Below are positions 1 to 9,181 of a stretch of DNA of 61,561 nucleotides, in pieces. The DNA lies in contig CAXTHM010000016.1 in the NCBI GenBank assembly GCA_964244115.1, positions 1 to 61,561 of the forward strand, written 5' to 3'. The position numbers and the translations under genes were made by a program. The stretch's first letter is position 1. Each line of letters starts with the position of its first letter. The notes below the pieces were generated by a model. The model was not told the DNA's origin. It was given only the letters and a program-made list of their open reading frames with translations, and made no database searches. The stretch is from an uncultured Thermomicrobiales bacterium (GTDB lineage Bacteria > Chloroflexota > Chloroflexia > Thermomicrobiales > UBA6265).

Positions 1-521
1 AGGACCGCGAGCAGGTGGAGGTCGTCCTCGACGCCGATCCCGACCAGGTCCTCCCGCCCGCCGGACAGGCGCTGGAGGAAGCCCTTGAAGGCGATCACCC
101 CGGCGGCGACCGCCTCGTCCAGCTCCTGCTGATCGGGCGACCCGGCCCCGAGGTAGAGGCCGACGTCGATGTGGGCGTCGCGCTCGATGACCCCCCGGCG
201 GGAGGCGATCACGGTGGCGTTGACGGCGGGCGGGGTGGAGATCGGCATCTCGAAGAGGGTCGTCACGCCGCCCGCCGCCGCGGACGCCGTCCCGGAGGCG
301 AAGTCCTCCCGCTCGGGATGGGCCGGGGCGCGGGTGTGAAAATGGGCGTCGATGAACCCCGGCAGCACCCAGCGACCGGCCGCATCATCCTCGGTCTCCC
401 CGGAGATGGTGCCGGGGGAGGCGAGGGCTGTGATCTTCTCGCCTGTGATCCCGATGTCGAGGGCGATCAACCCGCCGCCCGCGTAGACGATGCCATTGCG
501 GATCACCCGTTCGTAGGCCAT
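1..521 (-). CDS. Cyclic amidohydrolase (dihydropyrimidinase/allantoinase/dihydroorotase-like), N-terminal part; C-terminus lies beyond the window edge
   Basis: Own minus-strand translation: MAYERVIRNGIVYAGGGLIALDIGITGEKI...GRWVLPGFIDAHFHT..., the PGFIDxHxH metal-binding context of the amidohydrolase superfamily. GGGAGGG lies 6 nt upstream of the ATG at 521; alternative in-frame ATG at 536. Not in the ORF track because there is no stop inside the window. Confidence 0.7.
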   Translation of the reverse strand, partial: MAYERVIRNGIVYAGGGLIALDIGITGEKITALASPGTISGETEDDAAGRWVLPGFIDAHFHTRAPAHPEREDFASGTASAAAGGVTTLFEMPISTPPAVNATVIASRRGVIERDAHIDVGLYLGAGSPDQQELDEAVAAGVIAFKGFLQRLSGGREDLVGIGVEDDLHLLAV

Positions 522-1069
522 GCCGAACCCTCCCATGCCGATCGCACCGTCCGACGCGAGGTCGCTCAGCGCACGGTAGCAGAACCGGAGGATCTGCCGG
601 GGTCATGGCCGCTCATGGCGCCCTGAACGTGGCGATCCAGGCGGTGTTCGTTGTGCGATCCCCACAACGGCACCGGCCAAGGGGGCGGACGAGGCGACGA
701 GCCACGGGAGCGTGGGCTTCGGGATCGACCTTCCCGGGCAGAATGCGCCACAGCGGTGCTCGGATGCACTGTCCGACCACGACGGGCGGGATGCTCCCGC
801 TCCGGGTACCGCCGACGCCGACGCCACTTTCAGCGGGTAACCGAGCAGGTTCACCCCGGGCCGGGCCGGGGACTGCCCCGCCGACCGAGCGGTTCGACCG
901 GATCGTACGCTCACCCATCGACGTCCCGCGTCCGCGACGCCGCACCGTGCGGCACAATGGGACCGGTCACCGAGCCACCCCTTTCGAGCGCGCCAACCGT
1001 CGTGCCGGCATCATGCCGGGATGGTCGGGCGTCGCCAGCCAGTATCGAGCGATAGGACGAGGACGGATC

Positions 1070-1660
1070 GTGGGACAGCAGATCGACACGGCGCATCATC
1101 CCGACACCGGCCCGACGACCGCCGCGCCGGTGATCCGGGGCGCGACCGACGACGACATGCCGGCGGTCGGGCGCCTGCACGTCGACAGTTGGCGGGCGAC
1201 CTACCCCGGGCTCCTGCCGCAGGCGCTCCTCGACCGGCAGACCTACGCCGAGCGCGAGCAGCGCTGGCGCGGTTGGCGACAGGATGACGACGGGCAGCGG
1301 TTCCTGCTGGTCGCCGTCGCGGCCGGCGAGGTCGTCGGGTTCGTGGCCGGCTTGCCGGAGCCGAACGGCGATCCCCACATCGTCGAGGTGGCGGCGCTGC
1401 ACGTCGCCCGCTCGCAGCATGGTCGCGGCCTGGGCAAGCGCCTGCTGGCCCGTGCCGCGGCCCTCGGGGAGCAGCGCGGCTTCACGGCCCTGTCGCTGGA
1501 GATGCTGGAAGGCAACCCGACTGGCGGCTTCTACGACCATCTCGGTGGGCGGGTCACAGACCGCTACGCGACGCTGCTCGATGGCGAAGAGGTGACCGAC
1601 CTACGTTACCGCTGGGACGACATCACCGCCCTGAGCCGACTGGACCGGCGGGACGGCTGA
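1070..1660 (+). CDS. GNAT family N-acetyltransferase
   Basis: C-terminal part of ORF 605..1660: ...VGFVAGLPEPNGDPHIVEVAALHVARSQHGRGLGKRLLARAAALGEQRGFTALSLEMLEGNPTGGFYDHLGG (Q/RxxGxG/A acetyl-CoA motif). In-frame GTG at 1070 chosen; the 155 upstream codons are Arg/Pro-rich and do not look coding. Confidence 0.7.
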   Translation: MGQQIDTAHHPDTGPTTAAPVIRGATDDDMPAVGRLHVDSWRATYPGLLPQALLDRQTYAEREQRWRGWRQDDDGQRFLLVAVAAGEVVGFVAGLPEPNGDPHIVEVAALHVARSQHGRGLGKRLLARAAALGEQRGFTALSLEMLEGNPTGGFYDHLGGRVTDRYATLLDGEEVTDLRYRWDDITALSRLDRRDG

Positions 1661-1677
1661 GACCATGCCGTCGACGG

Positions 1678-2790
1678 TCAGGCATCGACCACGTCGGCTT
1701 CAGGCGCCGTCGCGACGGTCATCGGTACCCGGTACGGCGGGAAGAACCGGCCGGGTTCGGCGAACGGACGCCCGGTCCGCGCGGTCCAGCGGCCATTGAG
1801 GTCGTCGTAGGCCGCCTGATCGATCACGATCCGGGCGGTCTGGAACAGGTGGCGGTCCGGCGAGAAGCCGGCCTTGAAGCTGAAGAGGGCATCCTCGGAG
1901 CCGCCGAGCCCGCCGCCGAGGTGCATGATCCGGTCGCCCCGCGCCCGCGCCCAGGAGGCCGTCACCGAGAAGATGCCCTTGATCGGGCTCAGCCTCAGGA
2001 AATCGCCGGCAGTCCCTCCCAGGTGGTACTGGACGATGCCGTCGACCTCGGTGAACAGCGCCGCCGCCGCGACCTCGTTCTCCTGCCGGGCCGACACCAG
2101 GGCCATCCGGCCACCCAGCGCGACATAGAGCTCCCGCAGGTAATCGGCATCGAAGTAATAGGACGACCTGGCGCCCAGCCGGTCCATCGTCTCGGTGTAG
2201 ACCCGGAGGAACCCCTCGACCGACTCCGGCGAGCAGGAGAGGTCGATCTGGTAGGTGAAGCCGAGCCGGTTCAGCCGGGCGATGTTGCGCCTGTGGTCGC
2301 CCCGCATGCCCTGGAACAGATCGACCTCATCGCGGCGCAGATCGATCGAGACCGTGTTGCCGTGATCGACCAGCAGGCCGAACTCGCCGAGGACCTGGTG
2401 GTCGACCGGCAGGAGCGCATTCAGCCGGAGGAACAGGCTGATCACGCCGGACTCCCGTAGCGCTGTGATGGCGGCGCCGACCGCGTCCCGGGTGAAGGCG
2501 GCATCGGCGGGAGCGGCCGGGTCCGTCGTGGAGACGGTGATGCCAGGGTAGCCGTAGGGGCTCGTCGCGTCGCGGAGGGGCGGTCCGCCGAGAGCGACCG
2601 GGACGTCATGCAGCAGCAGCGGCATCAACAGCCGGCGCGGGCCATCCTCGACGAGGATGGCCGTGGGTTCGCCGCCATCGAAGCGCGCCGTCAGCGCGGC
2701 GTAGCCGGGCAGCAGGTAGAAGTCGTGAGGAGCCGTCTGGAGCATCGCGTCCCAGCGGGGGTCATCTGGGGCGAGCATCGTGACCTGCAT
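1678..2790 (-). CDS. FemAB-like / GNAT-fold acyl- or aminoacyl-transferase (paralog A)
   Basis: 370-aa ORF. C-terminal block IMHLGGGLGGSEDALFSFKAGFSPDRHLF plus overall two-lobe length resemble the FemAB / BioF2-like acetyltransferase families found in glycan loci. About 55-60% identical by eye to ORF 3626..4762. Confidence 0.6.
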   Translation of the reverse strand: MQVTMLAPDDPRWDAMLQTAPHDFYLLPGYAALTARFDGGEPTAILVEDGPRRLLMPLLLHDVPVALGGPPLRDATSPYGYPGITVSTTDPAAPADAAFTRDAVGAAITALRESGVISLFLRLNALLPVDHQVLGEFGLLVDHGNTVSIDLRRDEVDLFQGMRGDHRRNIARLNRLGFTYQIDLSCSPESVEGFLRVYTETMDRLGARSSYYFDADYLRELYVALGGRMALVSARQENEVAAAALFTEVDGIVQYHLGGTAGDFLRLSPIKGIFSVTASWARARGDRIMHLGGGLGGSEDALFSFKAGFSPDRHLFQTARIVIDQAAYDDLNGRWTARTGRPFAEPGRFFPPYRVPMTVATAPEADVVDA

Positions 2791-2954
2791 GTCGTAAACC
2801 GGACCTTTCGGGTAGACGCATCTCGGCGTCCTGCGTTGATACTACCGGGGCCACTCCGGGTGGCGCACGACTGTCGTGGTGGCCGGGTCAGTCGGGTCCG
2901 GGGGAATCCCGCGGGGCCGGATGGCGGCGCCGTCTGATCGGTAGGGGGCTTCGC

Positions 2955-3617
2955 GTGGCCAAGGTTGTGTTGTTCGGGAGCGGTCAGATCGCGAGTGTCG
3001 TCCATACCTACCTGACCCACGACTCCCCGCATGAGGTCGTCGCGTTCACGGTCGACCGGGAACACCTCACCGACACCGAGTTGCTCGGGTTGCCGATCGT
3101 CCCCTTCGAGGATGTCGAACGGCTCTACCCACCGGACGAGTACGAGATGTTCGTCTCGGTGAGTTACCGCGAGATCAACAAGCTCAGGGCGCGAAAGTAT
3201 CACGAGGCCAAGGCCAAGGGGTACCGCCTCTTGACCTATGTCAGCCCGAAAGCGGTCACCTGGCCGAACGTGACCATCGGCGACAACGTCTTCATCATGG
3301 AGAACAACGTCATCCAGCCCTTCGTCGAGATCGGCAACGACGTGATCATCTGGAGCGGCAACCACATCGGCCATCACACCTCGATCCAGGACCACTGCTT
3401 CTTCGCCAGCCACGTCGTGATCGCCGGCTTCGTGAAGATCGAGCCCAACTGCTTCTTCGGGATCAACGCGACCGTCCGGGACGGCATCACGATCGCCCGC
3501 GAGGGCGTGATCGGGGCCGGCGCCCTGATCCTGAAGAACACGAAGGAGCGCGGCGTCTACGTCGGCCAGACCGCGACGCTCCTGCCCCGCACCAGCGACC
3601 AGCTCCGGGGCATCTGA
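2955..3617 (+). CDS. NeuD/PglD-type sugar N-acyltransferase (left-handed beta-helix)
   Basis: N-terminal Rossmann-like KVVLFGSGQIASVV, then hexapeptide repeats ITIGDNVFIMENNVIQPFVEIGNDVIIWSGNHIGHHTSIQDHCFFASHVVIAGFVKIEPNCFFGINATV. GTG start with a G-rich RBS. Confidence 0.75.
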   Translation: MAKVVLFGSGQIASVVHTYLTHDSPHEVVAFTVDREHLTDTELLGLPIVPFEDVERLYPPDEYEMFVSVSYREINKLRARKYHEAKAKGYRLLTYVSPKAVTWPNVTIGDNVFIMENNVIQPFVEIGNDVIIWSGNHIGHHTSIQDHCFFASHVVIAGFVKIEPNCFFGINATVRDGITIAREGVIGAGALILKNTKERGVYVGQTATLLPRTSDQLRGI

Positions 3618-3625
3618 GCCCAGAC

Positions 3626-4762
3626 TCAGCCTGACGCCTTCCCGCCAGGCGACGGTGCGGGGTCCAGGGTCCGGGCGCGGTAGGCCGGGAAGAAACCGGA
3701 CCGATCCCCGGCCGGCATCCCGGCCTCGGCCTCCCACCGGGTGGTCAGTTCGTCGTAGGCCGGCTCGTCGACCACGATCCGCACGGTCTGGAACAGGTGT
3801 CGGTCGGGCGAGAACCCGGCCTTGAACGCGAACAGCGCGTCCTCCGAGCCGCCGAGCCCGCCGCCAAGGTGCATGATCCGGTGACCGCGCGCCTTGGCCC
3901 ATTTCGTCGCCTCGCGGATCTTCAGTTTCGACGGAGCGACCGAGGTGAAGGCTGAACGGGTGCCGCCGATGTGGTCCTGGACGATGCCATCGATCTGGGT
4001 GAAGAGCCCAACCGCCGCTACCTCATCACCCTGTCGGACCGAAACGATGGCCGCTCGCCCCTCCAGGGCGGTGACCAGGTCGCTGAGGTAGGTCTCGTCG
4101 AAGTAGTACGACTCGGACGCTCCGACCCGATCCATCGTCTCGGTGTAGATCTCGACGAAGGTCGAGATCGACTCGGGCGTACAGACCTCGTCGACCTCGC
4201 AGGTGAAGCCCCGCCGGTCCAGCCGGCGGAGGTTCTTGCTGTGGCCATGGCTGATCTGACCGACCAACTCCTCCTCGCTCCGGAGCAGGTCGATCGAGAC
4301 GGTGTGCCCGTGGTCCACGACCAGCCCGTGTCGGGCCAGCACCCCGGCGTCGACCGGGAGCAACGGGTTGAGCCGGACGAACAGGCTCACGACCTGGTGC
4401 TCGCGCAGCAGGGCGATCGCCGCGGTCATCGCCTCGTCCAGGAAGGCCGTGGGGTCCGGGTCGTCCGGGTCGTCCGGCGAGAGGCCGATGCCCGGGTAGC
4501 CGTACGGGCTGACCGCGTCCCGCCAGCCCTGGCTACGACCGGCTTTCGGAATCGCACGCAGGAGCAGTGGGAGGATCAGGCGGCGATCTCCGTCCTCGGC
4601 CAGGATCGCGACCGGCTCTCCACCCTCGAAGCGAGCAGCGAGCGTCACGTAGCCCGGCAGCGCGGAGAAGTCGTGCGGCATGGTCCGCAGGCTATCGGCC
4701 CACCGGTCATCGCTCGCCTGGATGATCTCGACGTGCATGACGTCCCGTGCTCCCTGAGTCAT
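3626..4762 (-). CDS. FemAB-like / GNAT-fold acyl- or aminoacyl-transferase (paralog B)
   Basis: 378-aa ORF collinear with 1678..2790 (same PHDF..LPGY, SPYGYPGI, YTETMDR and IMHLGGGLGGSEDALFAFKAGFSPDRHLF blocks). Alignment with the paralog suggests the real start may be the ATG at 4738 (MHVEIIQASDDRW). Confidence 0.6.
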   Translation of the reverse strand: MTQGARDVMHVEIIQASDDRWADSLRTMPHDFSALPGYVTLAARFEGGEPVAILAEDGDRRLILPLLLRAIPKAGRSQGWRDAVSPYGYPGIGLSPDDPDDPDPTAFLDEAMTAAIALLREHQVVSLFVRLNPLLPVDAGVLARHGLVVDHGHTVSIDLLRSEEELVGQISHGHSKNLRRLDRRGFTCEVDEVCTPESISTFVEIYTETMDRVGASESYYFDETYLSDLVTALEGRAAIVSVRQGDEVAAVGLFTQIDGIVQDHIGGTRSAFTSVAPSKLKIREATKWAKARGHRIMHLGGGLGGSEDALFAFKAGFSPDRHLFQTVRIVVDEPAYDELTTRWEAEAGMPAGDRSGFFPAYRARTLDPAPSPGGKASG

Positions 4763-4815
4763 CGCGCGTCCGGACGTCGACTCCGATCCGGAGATGCCGC
4801 GAACCGTGGCTGGTC

Positions 4816-5496
4816 TCAGACTGCCGTTCCCTGTGGTGGGGGTGGCGGTGGCGGAGCCTGACCGGCGCGCAGTTTCGTCAGATCGCCCTCACCATGGGGG
4901 TCCCGGGAGACGTCATCGGAGCGGCGGACCAGCATCGCGATCGTCTGGAGGCCGATCCGCAGGTCCAGCCCGAGGTGCCAGCGCTCGACGTACTGGACGT
5001 CCAGCTCCAGCTTCTCGTCCCAGGACAGCTGGTTCCGGCCGCTGACCTGGGCCAGGCCGGAGATGCCGGGCCGGACCGTGTGGCGCAGGTGCTCGCGCTC
5101 GGTGTAGGCGGGGAGATAATGCGGCATCAGCGGCCGGGGACCGATCAGGCTGATGTCGCCCTTGAGGACGTTGACGAGTTGGGGAAGCTCGTCCAGGCTC
5201 GTCCGGCGCAGGAACCAGCCGACCGAGGTGACCCGCTCGGCTGGCGAGATTTTCCGCCCATCGGCGGCGGTCTCGTCGCTGAGCGTCCGGAACTTGTAGA
5301 CCGCGAACGGGACCTCGTTCAGACCGATCCGGTGCTGACGGAAGATGACCGGTCGCCCCATCGTCACCATGATCACGATGGCGATCCCGACCATGACCGG
5401 GAAGAGGATGGTCAGGGCGGTGCCGGCGACGACGACATCGACGAGCCGCTTGATTCGCCGGGCCGCCGGGGACGACAGGGGCGCGGGGACCTTCAT
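4816..5496 (-). CDS. Small monotopic phosphoglycosyl transferase (PglC/WbaP-C-terminal type, initiating sugar-phosphate transferase)
   Basis: [21 protein letters not shown]...[26 protein letters not shown]...[24 protein letters not shown]...[15 protein letters not shown]: all canonical bacterial sugar-transferase motifs, including the Asp-Glu dyad. Confidence 0.85.
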   Translation of the reverse strand: MKVPAPLSSPAARRIKRLVDVVVAGTALTILFPVMVGIAIVIMVTMGRPVIFRQHRIGLNEVPFAVYKFRTLSDETAADGRKISPAERVTSVGWFLRRTSLDELPQLVNVLKGDISLIGPRPLMPHYLPAYTEREHLRHTVRPGISGLAQVSGRNQLSWDEKLELDVQYVERWHLGLDLRIGLQTIAMLVRRSDDVSRDPHGEGDLTKLRAGQAPPPPPPPQGTAV

Positions 5497-5668
5497 ACGG
5501 CTTCACCTGTCGAGATCGCTTCGGCCATCAGCGCAATCACAGACATCCCACAGCCGGGCACGACCGGAACCCGTAACATCTCGGCCGGGTGCAATGGTAG
5601 CGCAGTGTGCACGATGCGGATATTCATCGAGCGTCTCCAGACCGGTTAACCGTGTACCTTGACCGTGG

Positions 5669-7015
5669 ATGCTCCGGAACCGACGTGGAGGACGATGGGT
5701 GAACAACAGCGTGAACCGCCGCAGCCTCGCCTCGATGGCCGCCGGGCTTCTGGCCGCGGGGGCCGGCCTCGGCGCGATCGGCCCACTGGCCGCCCAGAGC
5801 GCGGTTCCAGGTGGCGCGGTCTGGCTGCTGGCCGCGGACTTCGGCGCGACCGGCGACGGCCTGACCGACGACTCGGCCGCCCTGCAGATGGCCCTCGACA
5901 CGGCCGAGCAGGGCGGCGGCGGGATGGTCATCCTCGGCAGCGGCACCTTCCGTTGCAACCTGACGATCGGCTCGCGGGTCTCGCTGGTCGGCATGGGTCC
6001 CCGGGCGACGACGCTGATGTCCGTGCCCGGCGCCAACCGGGCCGTGATCGAGGGGAACGGGTTCGCGGAGTGGACCGGAACGGCGAAGGTCACGCCCGAG
6101 ACTCGCGGCGCCAACTACGTCGGGATCGCCAACCTCTGCATCGACGGCAACCGCGCCACGAACGAGACCGGTTGCGGGATCCGGATCTGGGGACGAGCCC
6201 AGATCTTCCAGGACCTGGTCGTCCAGAACTGCGCCGGGGACGGCATCTTCCTCGAGTTCACGACCCATGACGCCGGCGAGATCGAGGACGACCTCGAAGG
6301 CTTCTTCACCAATATCAAGACGATCAAGAACGGCGGCAACGGCTGGTTGCACCGCGGCCCGCACGACTCGATCCTGTCCCAGTTCGTGACGTTCTCCAAC
6401 GACGGCTGGGGATTCAAGTCCGAAGGCCTGCGCGGGAGCTACAACGGGGGCATCAGCGGGACGGGCTGGAACAGCTGGCTCAACGGGCTAGGCTCGTTCC
6501 ATTTCGGCGCCACGCCCGGATTCCTCTCGGATTCCTCGGCGACGGGCGAGGGCGGCACCGGGATCGAGCTGCTGGCCGCGGACACCGGTTCCGTCCGCAT
6601 GACCGGCATCCTGATCAGCGGCCACGAGACCGGGCTCTACCTGACCGGAAGCAACTGCACGTTCAGCGGCGTCGTGCTCGGGAGCGTCTCCCAGCAGCTC
6701 TCCGGGGTCGGCCGGGGCATCGTCCTCGCCGGGGCGGGTCTCTGCCTGATCGACGTGGCCGGCAGCGGAAACGACGTCGCGGTCGCGATCGAGAGCGAGA
6801 CCGGACCGAACATCATCCGGGGCCGCTTCAACGTGCCCGCGGGCGGGCAGATCCTGATGGGCAATGTCTCCCCGGCCACGACGGTGGACCTCGCCCAGAT
6901 CGGCGGCGCCGGGAGCCGCAGCCTCGTCCAGATCCCGACCGTGACCGGACTGCTCGGCGACCAGCCGCTCATTCAGGCGGACATGACCACGACCCAGTCG
7001 ACGCCTCAGCCGTGA
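5669..7015 (+). CDS. Secreted right-handed beta-helix protein (pectate-lyase-3 / tailspike-like fold), Tat-type signal
   Basis: N-terminus VNRRSLASMAAGLLAAGAGLGA (twin-Arg signal), then DFGATGDGLTDDSAALQMALD...GGGMVILGSGTFR, the typical start of pectate_lyase_3 beta-helix proteins, followed by Gly/Asn-rich repeats. Confidence 0.6.
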   Translation: MLRNRRGGRWVNNSVNRRSLASMAAGLLAAGAGLGAIGPLAAQSAVPGGAVWLLAADFGATGDGLTDDSAALQMALDTAEQGGGGMVILGSGTFRCNLTIGSRVSLVGMGPRATTLMSVPGANRAVIEGNGFAEWTGTAKVTPETRGANYVGIANLCIDGNRATNETGCGIRIWGRAQIFQDLVVQNCAGDGIFLEFTTHDAGEIEDDLEGFFTNIKTIKNGGNGWLHRGPHDSILSQFVTFSNDGWGFKSEGLRGSYNGGISGTGWNSWLNGLGSFHFGATPGFLSDSSATGEGGTGIELLAADTGSVRMTGILISGHETGLYLTGSNCTFSGVVLGSVSQQLSGVGRGIVLAGAGLCLIDVAGSGNDVAVAIESETGPNIIRGRFNVPAGGQILMGNVSPATTVDLAQIGGAGSRSLVQIPTVTGLLGDQPLIQADMTTTQSTPQP

Positions 7016-7041
7016 TCCCGGCGCGGTCCTGGCGGGATCAC
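7012..7041. terminator. Hairpin between convergent genes (possible bidirectional terminator)
   Basis: GTGATCCCG (7012-7020) pairs with CGGGATCAC (7033-7041) around a 12-nt loop. It overlaps both stop codons and has no U-tract. Confidence 0.35.
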
Positions 7042-8258
7042 GGCCGCGCGCCGGACCGCGCGATGCCGCGCCGGTCGAGCGACCGGTCATAGAGATCGGC
7101 CAGAGCGGACTGGATCGCGGCCGGCTGGAAGTCGCGCAGCGCCCGCTCCCGGCCGGCCGTGCCGTGGCTGGCGCGGAGGTCGGGGTCGGCCAGGTAGGTC
7201 AGGATCGCGCTGGCGAGGGACGCCGGGTCGTGGGGCGGGACGAGCAGCCCCGTGACGCCCTCCTGGACCGCATCGACGCAGCCCGTCACCCGGGTCGCGA
7301 CGACCGGGCGGCCCATCGCCCCGGCCTCGATCAGGACGTTGCCGAAGCCCTCGCGGTACGTCGGCAGGACGAGGACGTCCATCGCCGCCAGCGCCGCCGC
7401 CGGGTCGGCAACCCGGCCGGTGAACCGGACCCGACCGTCCCGCCGCAGCGCCGCCATCGTCACACCCGATGCCGGGTCCTCCGGCTCCTCGGGGCCGACC
7501 ATCAGCAGCCGGACTCCCGGCTGCTGCTCGCGGATGACGGCCCAGGCCGCCGCGAGGTCATCGATGCCCTTGTCGTGAGCCAGCCGGCCGACGAAACCGA
7601 CGACCAGCCCGTCGCCCGGCAGCCCGATCGCCTCGCGTCCTCTCCGCCGCGGGTCGTCCCCGAATCGCTCCGGGTTGAACCGGCCGGCGGCATCGACCCC
7701 GTTGGCGCTGCCGTCGAGCAGCACCGTCGCCTTGCCGGGCCGGACGATCCCCTCGGCGATCGCGTCGGTGCGCAGGGACGCACTGACGCAGAGGACCTGG
7801 TCGGCCATCGCGCAGGCCGCCCGGGTGGCGCCCTTGAGCAGCAGCCGGCCCAGCCCGGTCCGGGTCTGATGCGGCATCCCGTGCAGATGGAAGACGCGAA
7901 CCGGCCGCCGGGCCAGCCGGGCGGCGAGCATCCCGAGCAGTCCACCCTTCGGCGTCGAGGCGTGGACGATGGTCGGCCGGAGCCGCCGCAACGTCCGGGT
8001 GAGCTGGATCACGGAACCGATGTCGGTCCGGGGCGTGATCTGCCGCGACATCGGGACACCGAGCGCGACGACGCCTTCCCGCTCGGCGAAGGCGTCGAGA
8101 TCCGGGCCGGGGGCGGAGATCGCGGTGACCTCGTAGCCCCGCGTCCGCAGATGGGCCGGCAACTCGCGGAAGAACCCCAGCGAGGCTGGCACGGTCGTGA
8201 CGAAGGCAACGGGGATCATCCGGGCAGCGTCGTGAGGATCGGCGGTGGAGGTATTCAT
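7038..8258 (-). CDS. Glycosyltransferase family 4 (GT-B)
   Basis: 406-aa ORF. C-terminal GT4 signature VLVLPTYREGFGNVLIEAGAMGRPVVATRVTGCVDAV (EX7E-type). Start overlaps the upstream stop by 4 nt. Confidence 0.85.
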   Translation of the reverse strand: MNTSTADPHDAARMIPVAFVTTVPASLGFFRELPAHLRTRGYEVTAISAPGPDLDAFAEREGVVALGVPMSRQITPRTDIGSVIQLTRTLRRLRPTIVHASTPKGGLLGMLAARLARRPVRVFHLHGMPHQTRTGLGRLLLKGATRAACAMADQVLCVSASLRTDAIAEGIVRPGKATVLLDGSANGVDAAGRFNPERFGDDPRRRGREAIGLPGDGLVVGFVGRLAHDKGIDDLAAAWAVIREQQPGVRLLMVGPEEPEDPASGVTMAALRRDGRVRFTGRVADPAAALAAMDVLVLPTYREGFGNVLIEAGAMGRPVVATRVTGCVDAVQEGVTGLLVPPHDPASLASAILTYLADPDLRASHGTAGRERALRDFQPAAIQSALADLYDRSLDRRGIARSGARP

Positions 8259-9181
8259 TCGGTCAGACCCGGTTCGTTCCCCGTCGGCAGGGATGCTGAG
8301 CGTGGATGGTTCGACCGGAGATCTGCCAGAACGGTCTGCCAGTCCGCCTGCTCTTCGGCCGTGATCGTCCCGGCCCGGTGGCGCAGCATCCGGTAGTCGA
8401 GGTGGAGCCCGATCGCGACCGAGTCGTAGACGGCCTTGGCGCCCTGCTCGGCGACGGCCCGGGCGGCCTGCCGCGGCTGCCCCTGCCGGACGAGTTCCTG
8501 GCCGTAGCGCAGCGCCATGTACCGGCGGGCCCTCAGGATCTTGGCGAGCTTCAGCTGCGACTCCCGGTAGCCGAACAGGATCTCCGGGACATTCGCGAAC
8601 CGGCTGTCGCGGTAGGAGCGCAGGAGCAGGTCCTGATCCTCCATCGAGACAGCCGACGGGCGGTATTGCCAGCGGCGGAAGAAGCCGATCCGGCCCATGA
8701 ACGTCGGGTGCGCCATCGGGAAGCCCGAGGCCGGCCGGGCCGTGATGCGGTCGTGGTCCGTCGGCGAGCGCCGGACGCCGATCGCCTCGTGGTCGCCCCG
8801 GAAGACGACGAGGCTGGTCCCGCAGAGGTCGAGGCCGGGCTGTGCCCGCAACAGGGCGACCTGACGCGCGAACCGCTCGGGATACGAGACGTCGTCGCCG
8901 TCCATCCGGGCGAACACCTCGCCGGACGCGAAGGCGACCGCCTGGTTGAGCCGCGTCGGCAGTCCGAGCGACTCACCGTCGGAGATCACCCGGACCCGCG
9001 AGTCGTCGAACCCACGCATCACGTCCAGTGTCCCGTCCGTCGAGCCATCGTCGATCAGCAGCAGCTCGATCTCACCATAGCTCTGATTCAGGATCGACCG
9101 GACGGCGAGTCCCAGTGTCGCGGCGTTGTTCCGGACCGGCATCCCGACGCTGATCACGGGCTGGCTGGAGAGGCTCGTCAC
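8255..9181 (-). CDS. Glycosyltransferase family 2 (GT-A)
   Basis: ISVGMPVRNNAATLGLAVRSILNQSYGEIELLLIDDGSTDGT...ARMDGDDVSYPERF: classic GT2 DxD/DGS motifs. 4-nt overlaps with both neighbours. Confidence 0.85.
   Translation of the reverse strand: MTSLSSQPVISVGMPVRNNAATLGLAVRSILNQSYGEIELLLIDDGSTDGTLDVMRGFDDSRVRVISDGESLGLPTRLNQAVAFASGEVFARMDGDDVSYPERFARQVALLRAQPGLDLCGTSLVVFRGDHEAIGVRRSPTDHDRITARPASGFPMAHPTFMGRIGFFRRWQYRPSAVSMEDQDLLLRSYRDSRFANVPEILFGYRESQLKLAKILRARRYMALRYGQELVRQGQPRQAARAVAEQGAKAVYDSVAIGLHLDYRMLRHRAGTITAEEQADWQTVLADLRSNHPRSASLPTGNEPGLTE

Noticed and set aside
605-1069. N-terminal 155 codons of ORF 605..1660 and other ORFs in the 522-1069 spacer
   Set aside because: The translations are Arg/Pro-rich and motif-free. 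The GNAT domain starts only after ~1070. The ~550-nt divergent intergenic region remains unexplained, but I could support no gene or RNA in it.
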